A stretch of DNA of 4,269 bases from a virus (taxonomy: Duplodnaviria > Heunggongvirae > Uroviricota > Caudoviricetes). Shown here in pieces: positions 1 to 4,269 of the stretch; positions within the stretch are counted from its first letter, which is position 1; each line of letters begins with the position of its first letter. Under the pieces are notes generated by a model. That model had not been told where the DNA came from. It worked only from the letters and a program-made list of their open reading frames with translations, and made no database searches. The DNA is taken from IMG/VR virus record IMGVR_UViG_2740892369_000023. One strand, 5' to 3'. A program made the position numbers and the translations under genes.

Positions 1-43
1 TCATCAGATGGCTGCTTAAAAAAAGAACAAATGGTAGTGTCCG

Positions 44-985
44 CTATTGCCAGTACACCTCATTGTCACTGGAAGGCGGGTGGCCAACGCCAATCTTGTA
101 GGCCGGGACACGGAACACCGAACAGACAATTTCAGCCGTCATTTTCAGTTGTTCCACCGTCTGCGCATCCACCGGTGAAAACGTCGTGGGGCTGTATTTT
201 GCCCCGTTGCTCAGTATGGCCGTCTTCCCGGCATTTTCGCCCGTATATCCGCTGTCCCAGTTCCCCTTCAGTTTTTTCGCGTTTTCTTCCGTAATACTGC
301 CGGGGACCTCAATCACGCCTGATGGTCGCCCGCCATTTCTGAAAAAATACGTCGAATTTGCCTGAATATGATGCCCCTGCATGGCGGCCAGTCCTGCGGC
401 ATACACCGGCGGCAGCCCCACAAGCGGATGAAAAAAACAGTTAAAACGGTCGTGGATCACCTCCCGGGCAGGCACCGTCACCGACTCTGTGATCCCACAG
501 TTCCGGTCCGGCGTGATGCGGTAGAACACGTCGCCGTCATCCGCCACCAGAGGTTCAACCCGGTTCCAGTCCAGAATACGCAGTTCTTTGATCTGCCCCC
601 GGGGGTTGCGGATTTTCAGCACCACCGTATTGCCGTGACGCAATTTGGAATTCAGCCACAGTTCAAAAAACTGGATGCGATTCTGCTGCGCATTAGGACG
701 ACGACAGAGACGGGCAGTATCTCCCTGCCGCTTTTCCCGGCGTATTCCCTGTACATCAGTCTGCATCAGGCGAAGCCGCATTTTGGCGATATCCTGGGAT
801 ATCAGCGAAATGCATGAAAACACCGCGTGAAAGGACAAAACGGTTTCCGGATCGGCTTTCACACCCTGCTGCCAGGCACCGGCAAAAGGCTCAGCCACCG
901 CCTGAAACAGGGACCGCCAGCCCACTTCTCTTACGTCACGTCCTGATTTCTGGTTTTTTCGGGTTCGCCGCAAAAGGTTCCACAT
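44..985 (-). CDS. Phage portal protein, HK97 family (possibly C-terminally truncated)
   Basis: 313-codon minus-strand ORF. ATG at 983..985 is preceded by GGAG (994..997) with an 8-nt spacer; an in-frame stop lies upstream at 1001..1003. Portal-family motifs: PETVLSFHAVFSCISLISQDIAKMRLRLMQ, DGDVFYRITPDRNCG, STYFFRNGGRPSGVIEVPGSITEENAKKLKGNWDSGYTGENAGKTAILSNGAKY, and SPVDAQTVEQLKMTAEIVCSVFRVPAYKIGVG. Stop TAG at 44..46, only about 12 residues after the last motif. Confidence 0.85.
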   Translation of the reverse strand: MWNLLRRTRKNQKSGRDVREVGWRSLFQAVAEPFAGAWQQGVKADPETVLSFHAVFSCISLISQDIAKMRLRLMQTDVQGIRREKRQGDTARLCRRPNAQQNRIQFFELWLNSKLRHGNTVVLKIRNPRGQIKELRILDWNRVEPLVADDGDVFYRITPDRNCGITESVTVPAREVIHDRFNCFFHPLVGLPPVYAAGLAAMQGHHIQANSTYFFRNGGRPSGVIEVPGSITEENAKKLKGNWDSGYTGENAGKTAILSNGAKYSPTTFSPVDAQTVEQLKMTAEIVCSVFRVPAYKIGVGHPPSSDNEVYWQ

Positions 986-1152
986 TCGCCATGCTCCGCA
1001 TCACGTTTCTTTTTCTGACCTGCCGGACGTCGCGCTGTGATGTACTCCGCCTTCCCCAGGCGAACCAGCACCTCCGCACACGGCTGTGCCACATCACGGA
1101 TATCCCCGGCCCGGGCATCATGCGTGCCCTGCAGATACTGGATTTTTGCCAT
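931..1152 (-). CDS. Hypothetical small protein (73 aa) in the capsid-portal gap; uncertain
   Basis: Minus-strand ORF MAKIQYLQGTHDARAGDIRDVAQPCAEVLVRLGKAEYITARRPAGQ... with coding-like GC-rich codon choice in its first ~45 codons. It has no convincing Shine-Dalgarno at proper spacing, overlaps the portal start by about 55 nt in another frame, and I recognise no family. It could be a remnant. Confidence 0.2.
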   Translation of the reverse strand: MAKIQYLQGTHDARAGDIRDVAQPCAEVLVRLGKAEYITARRPAGQKKKRDAEHGECGTFCGEPEKTRNQDVT

Positions 1153-1196
1153 CTGTTACTGCGGGAAGCTCGCGCCTCCCGCCCTCCTCATCAGAC

Positions 1197-2558
1197 TCAG
1201 CCACCGGACGCAGTTCCGTAGTTCACACCGGTGATCACCGCCACTGCCGCGGTACGGCGACGACGCCAGTTGATCCAGCGCTCCGCACGGATGGCCACGC
1301 TGCCGGTCTGAAACATGGAGACCAGTTCCACCGGTGACGGTGTGCTGCTGTCGCTGGTCGGTTCAGACTGCATCTCCAGTGACGCTTCACGGGACATATC
1401 CACCGCCACACCGCCGTCATCAGCCAGATAAATATCCGGTGCATTCACCAGTACCAGCTGGTCACCCACATACTGGGAGACAATCACCGGCAGCCCCTGG
1501 AAGGTCCCGCCCAGCAAGGTCATGTCCGGATATTCCTTCTGCCCCAGCGCATTTTTACGCATGGACAGCGCCAGGGCATTGGTGCTGGACATCAGCCAGA
1601 CCGCACCGGTGGGCTGCAGATTTGCCGTCACAAACTGGCCAAACGCGGCCTCGGCATCCGCATCCGGGTTACCGGTTGATGCCGTGCCCTTCACATCATG
1701 GGTGATGGACGCCGGGGAGACATCCGCCACCGCCGCTTTTTTCGGGTCCACAAAGTCTGTGTCCAGACGCGCCACCACCGCTTCCGCCAGCGCATTACGG
1801 ACCAGTGCATCAGCAGCCGGACTGGAAAAACGGATCAATTCTTCCGTCAGTACCGCAATGGCCGACACTTTCGCATGACTGAAGGTGATGGATTCAAAAT
1901 CAAACTTCGTCAGGGGTCTGGCCTTACCCTCACCCACCCAGCCGGCAGCACCACCGGACACCTGGGCATGCACGCGGATATTGAACGGCACCTGACGAAG
2001 TGCAGGGATCCCGCCCTGACCAAATCGCCCGATAATGGTCTGCGGACGCAGGTAATCAATAAAGTCCTGCGCATATTCCTGGTATTCAGACAGGCTGCCT
2101 GCCCACTGCGGGTCCGTGGTGGTCCCTGCCCCCACCGCCGATTTCAGGACATGATGCAGACGGCTGTCATCCGGATACTGACGACGGGCCACTTCCAGGG
2201 CTTCAGAGCGGACACCTTTAGCCGCGGCCAGTGATTTGGCAAAGCGGGCGAAACCAATCCCCTTCTCCAGTTTCTGCTCAACACGGATCACCGGCGCTGA
2301 AGCCACCGTGGCCACATTCCCGTTACCGGCCTGTTTCACCGGCTGTGCCGTGGCGGCCTTACTGGTTTCCAGTTCACGCAGACGCTTCAGGTGCGCATCC
2401 ACCTGACGGATTTCCGCTGCGGTGTTGTCGTAGTGCTCTTCCTCTTCCACATCCAGTGTGCGGCCTTCCTCTGCGGCTTTGTTCATGATCTCCTCAAGGG
2501 AGGCTGCCAGCGCCGCACGCTTGTTTTCAAAACTTTTAATCTGTTCACCAGTATTCAT
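1197..2558 (-). CDS. Possible nested in-frame product: major capsid protein with its delta/scaffold domain, initiated internally at Met193 of the fusion ORF
   Basis: In-frame ATG at 2556..2558 (minus strand) preceded by AGGA (2569..2572, 10-nt spacer), sitting in a local AT-rich patch (2556..2600) that looks like a former intergenic region. The N-terminus MNTGEQIKSFENKRAALAASLEE resembles a capsid-protein delta-domain start. Hypothesis only; the full-length fusion may be the sole product. Confidence 0.3.
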   Translation of the reverse strand: MNTGEQIKSFENKRAALAASLEEIMNKAAEEGRTLDVEEEEHYDNTAAEIRQVDAHLKRLRELETSKAATAQPVKQAGNGNVATVASAPVIRVEQKLEKGIGFARFAKSLAAAKGVRSEALEVARRQYPDDSRLHHVLKSAVGAGTTTDPQWAGSLSEYQEYAQDFIDYLRPQTIIGRFGQGGIPALRQVPFNIRVHAQVSGGAAGWVGEGKARPLTKFDFESITFSHAKVSAIAVLTEELIRFSSPAADALVRNALAEAVVARLDTDFVDPKKAAVADVSPASITHDVKGTASTGNPDADAEAAFGQFVTANLQPTGAVWLMSSTNALALSMRKNALGQKEYPDMTLLGGTFQGLPVIVSQYVGDQLVLVNAPDIYLADDGGVAVDMSREASLEMQSEPTSDSSTPSPVELVSMFQTGSVAIRAERWINWRRRRTAAVAVITGVNYGTASGG

Positions 2559-3134
2559 TGCTGACTTTTCCTTATGAAAAGAGGTTATTGACTGTGCCGA
2601 AGCGCCGGCAGAAGATGCGATTTTCACCACCGGTTTCCGGTTGCCGGACGCGGCAGAAAACGGGCGGTCGTAAGATTTAATGGTCCGGATGGTGCATTCC
2701 GCATTCGCGGGCACGGTGACGGCAGACACCTCCATCAGCTCCCAGCGCAGAAAATGCAGTCCGCCTCCGTCCAGATAAGTGTATTCATGGGGCCGGAAGC
2801 CCACAGAAAGCCCCCTGACCAGCCCGGTCTTAATGGCAGCCCAGGCCTCATCCAGCCGGGCTGCCATCTGGGAGGGCATCCCCGGCTCCGGCTTCACCAG
2901 CATTGCCGTGATTTCCAGCCCTTCCCTGACCCGACGCACCGTACACTGGCCTACAGGGCGGGAATGGTCATGCTGCCAGAGAAACGGGATCGTACTGCCA
3001 AACTCCGCCCCCTCCGGCTCCAGGATGTCACCATCCCGATCCGGAGAAGGCGTTGACGCAATCCCGGTGATCACCCGTTCATCCTCACTGAAGGATTTCA
3101 CCGTCAGCAGGGAACAGGCCCGTTTAAGAGTCAC
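1197..3134 (-). CDS. Prohead maturation protease (HK97 gp4-like, peptidase S78/U35) fused in frame to a scaffold/delta-like linker and an HK97-fold major capsid protein
   Basis: 645-codon minus-strand ORF. Start is GTG at 3132..3134, preceded by AGGAGG (3140..3145) with a 5-nt spacer; no in-frame ATG exists between the terL stop and this GTG. Residues 1-160 carry prohead-protease motifs: GIASTPSPDRDGDIL, WQHDHSRPVG (His codons at 2970..2972 and 2964..2966) and RGLSVGF (Ser codon 2805..2807), then EVSAVTVPANAEC. Residues 193-260 are charged and coiled-coil-like (EQIKSFENKRAALAASLEEIMNKAAEEG ... LKRLRELETSK). Residues 330-645 look like an HK97-type capsid protein (QTIIGRFGQGGIPALRQVPFNIRV, SAIAVLTEELIRFSSPAADALVRNALAEAVVARLDTDFV, and a C-terminal SVAIRAERWINWRRRRTAAVAVITG). 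Stop TGA at 1197..1199. Confidence 0.9.
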   Translation of the reverse strand: MTLKRACSLLTVKSFSEDERVITGIASTPSPDRDGDILEPEGAEFGSTIPFLWQHDHSRPVGQCTVRRVREGLEITAMLVKPEPGMPSQMAARLDEAWAAIKTGLVRGLSVGFRPHEYTYLDGGGLHFLRWELMEVSAVTVPANAECTIRTIKSYDRPFSAASGNRKPVVKIASSAGASAQSITSFHKEKSAMNTGEQIKSFENKRAALAASLEEIMNKAAEEGRTLDVEEEEHYDNTAAEIRQVDAHLKRLRELETSKAATAQPVKQAGNGNVATVASAPVIRVEQKLEKGIGFARFAKSLAAAKGVRSEALEVARRQYPDDSRLHHVLKSAVGAGTTTDPQWAGSLSEYQEYAQDFIDYLRPQTIIGRFGQGGIPALRQVPFNIRVHAQVSGGAAGWVGEGKARPLTKFDFESITFSHAKVSAIAVLTEELIRFSSPAADALVRNALAEAVVARLDTDFVDPKKAAVADVSPASITHDVKGTASTGNPDADAEAAFGQFVTANLQPTGAVWLMSSTNALALSMRKNALGQKEYPDMTLLGGTFQGLPVIVSQYVGDQLVLVNAPDIYLADDGGVAVDMSREASLEMQSEPTSDSSTPSPVELVSMFQTGSVAIRAERWINWRRRRTAAVAVITGVNYGTASGG

Positions 3135-3146
3135 ATCAGCCTCCTG

Positions 3147-3172
3147 AAAATAAAAAAACCGCCGCAGCGGTT
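3147..3172 (-). terminator. Possible weak intrinsic terminator or attenuator between terL and the protease-capsid gene
   Basis: On the minus strand, just after the terL stop: CCGC-TGCG-GCGG (4 bp GC stem, 4 nt loop, extendable by two A-U pairs; plus coordinates 3157..3172) followed immediately by TTTTTTTATTTT (plus 3147..3158). Short stem, so it is weak at best. Confidence 0.3.
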
Positions 3173-3197
3173 CATGATGGTTACAGGGTGAGCAGGG

Positions 3198-4269
3198 TTA
3201 TATGAAAAAAACCTCATACGCTTTCTTTTTCGGTTCCGGATTCAGGGACATCAGGGACACCGCATTGAAGAGCGCCATCAGCGGGTCAATTTTTCCCCGT
3301 CCGCTGGCCTGTTTGGTGATAAGAATGGCGTTACCTTTAGGCTCCACCCGGGCATTACCGACACACCAGGCCATCAGGGGCTGATCACCGTGAATCAGCA
3401 CCCCTTCAGCCAGTTTGCGCTCGGTGGTTTTGATGGCCCCGCCCAGCTTCCAGCCCTGGCTTATCCCCACCACACTCTCATCGGGGATCCCGGCTTCCGC
3501 CAGTGAATCCAGAATCTGCCCCACACCTGACGGGTCAATACCGATATGATCCAGTAACTCAGCCTCATGAATACGACGCACATACTCCGCCACTTCCGCC
3601 GTGTCATCCCCGACCCGACGGACAATCGTCATGTCTCCACAGGCCACAAAATCCTGAAACCGGGATGCCTCACTCTTCCGTCTGACCACCGCGGTTTCAT
3701 GCACCCAGGCATGGCCCCAGCCCAGCCATTCGCGGGTTTCCCTGTCACGGCCAGTCACGTACATTCCCAGCAGATCATCCAGGCCCCCGCCGTCAATCCC
3801 CACCGTCACCACATCAGCGCGCTGCAGGATATCGTCCAGGCTGACGCGCCTGCCCTGCTGCTCCCAGAAATCCGCGCCCGCCCAGCGGTCAGAACGCAGG
3901 GCAAGACCGATTTCCACATTGGCGTGTTTTGACATGACGCCACGAAATGCTTCCTCACCAGCCTCCCGGGCTTTACGGTACTCCCGGTACAGAAAGGCCT
4001 CATCCACCGAATAACCGAGATTCGGGTTAACCATGGCGAGGTTTTCCATCAGCAGGTGAGCCCCGCTTTCCACCATTTCAGGAGGATGCTCAAAAATCAC
4101 CGGCAGAAAGTGCGGATCATGAATTTTGCCGTCACGGACATCCCGGGCATACTGCAGTTTCTGTCTGAACACCCCGGCGGGCGGTTCATTCGACTGGGTG
4201 GTCGTATACACCACAAACCCTTCCGGACGGGAGGCCAGCCCGCCGATGGCTTCACGTAGCATGTCTTCC
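3198..4269 (-). CDS. terL: Phage terminase large subunit, C-terminal portion (partial; 5' end lies beyond the window edge)
   Basis: Minus-strand ORF open to the window edge; the Met at 4262 in the ORF track is only the first in-frame ATG, and the two codons upstream of it (to 4268) are also sense codons. The translation has terminase large-subunit character: an acidic nuclease-domain stretch (VVTVGIDGGGLDDLLGMYVTG, then HIGIDPSGVGQILDSLAEAG) and a typical C-terminal tail (LMAWCVGNARVEPKGNAILITKQASGRGKIDPLMALFNAVSLM). The N-terminal ATPase (Walker A) region is not in the window. Stop codon TAA at 3198..3200. Assignment is by recalled motifs, not a search. Confidence 0.85.
   Translation of the reverse strand, partial: EDMLREAIGGLASRPEGFVVYTTTQSNEPPAGVFRQKLQYARDVRDGKIHDPHFLPVIFEHPPEMVESGAHLLMENLAMVNPNLGYSVDEAFLYREYRKAREAGEEAFRGVMSKHANVEIGLALRSDRWAGADFWEQQGRRVSLDDILQRADVVTVGIDGGGLDDLLGMYVTGRDRETREWLGWGHAWVHETAVVRRKSEASRFQDFVACGDMTIVRRVGDDTAEVAEYVRRIHEAELLDHIGIDPSGVGQILDSLAEAGIPDESVVGISQGWKLGGAIKTTERKLAEGVLIHGDQPLMAWCVGNARVEPKGNAILITKQASGRGKIDPLMALFNAVSLMSLNPEPKKKAYEVFFI

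Noticed and set aside
1109-1116. GCCCGGGC palindrome in the capsid-portal gap as a possible operator or binding site
   Set aside because: A single short GC palindrome is expected by chance in GC-rich DNA, and there are no repeated copies or flanking promoter elements.
936-1121. Minus-strand 61-aa ORF in the capsid-portal gap
   Set aside because: It is in a third frame overlapping the 73-aa ORF, and its Arg/Trp-rich composition is typical of an off-frame translation.
1235-1444. Minus-strand 69-aa ORF nested inside the capsid gene
   Set aside because: An alternative frame within a well-supported capsid coding region, with Trp/Arg/Cys-rich composition and no independent support.
3135-3200. terL and the protease-capsid ORF share a reading frame, separated by a single TAA with no other stop: possible readthrough fusion
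   Set aside because: Frame identity has a one-in-three chance, and an open 21-codon stretch in GC-rich DNA is unremarkable. TAA is the least leaky stop, and a dedicated SD plus GTG start exists for the downstream gene.
3806-4003. Minus-strand 65-aa ORF nested inside terL
   Set aside because: An alternative frame within the terminase coding region, with no motif and no start signal.
31-4259. All plus-strand ORFs in the track (31..294, 368..817, 645..830, 814..1221, 1037..1234, 1086..1337, 1334..1705, 1522..1878, 1698..2234, 2231..2488, 2754..3056, 2779..3147, 3202..3384, 3503..3685, 3567..3932, 4056..4259)
   Set aside because: Each lies antisense to a minus-strand gene with clear phage-protein motifs. 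Their translations are Arg/His/Pro/Trp/Cys-rich, as expected from off-frame reading of GC-rich coding DNA, and none has a recognisable motif or a convincing ribosome-binding site. Long antisense ORFs are expected by chance in GC-rich sequence.
4260-4262. ATG at 4260..4262 as the true terL start
   Set aside because: The frame remains open upstream to the window edge, and a product starting here would lack the N-terminal ATPase domain that terminase large subunits carry; the gene is simply cut by the window.
1-4269. Searched by eye for tRNA or rRNA genes, CRISPR repeats, insertion-sequence inverted repeats, integrase or attachment sites, and Chi sites (GCTGGTGG or its complement)
   Set aside because: None were found; the window is almost entirely occupied by the three structural and packaging genes.

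Overview
The window is a GC-rich, densely coding stretch of a tailed-phage (HK97-like) head-morphogenesis and DNA-packaging module, with all convincing genes on the minus strand. Reading in the direction of transcription (high to low coordinates): (1) the C-terminal part of a terminase large subunit, 5'-truncated by the window edge (3198..4269); (2) a 645-aa single ORF that fuses an HK97-type prohead protease, a coiled-coil scaffold/delta-like linker and an HK97-fold major capsid protein (1197..3134); (3) a 313-aa HK97-family portal protein (44..985). All plus-strand ORFs in the track look like antisense shadows. I see no rRNA, tRNA, CRISPR array, insertion sequence or integrase. Points worth a second look: the protease-capsid fusion with a possible internal in-frame capsid start; the non-canonical order with the portal downstream of the capsid gene; a hairpin plus U-tract between terL and the protease gene; an unusually long capsid-portal gap holding a 73-aa ORF; and a portal that appears to stop prematurely 43 nt from the window edge. 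Whether this is an intact prophage, a decaying cryptic prophage or a capsid-encoding satellite cannot be decided without flanking sequence and database searches, none of which I could run. All family assignments rest on motifs recognised by eye in the translations.
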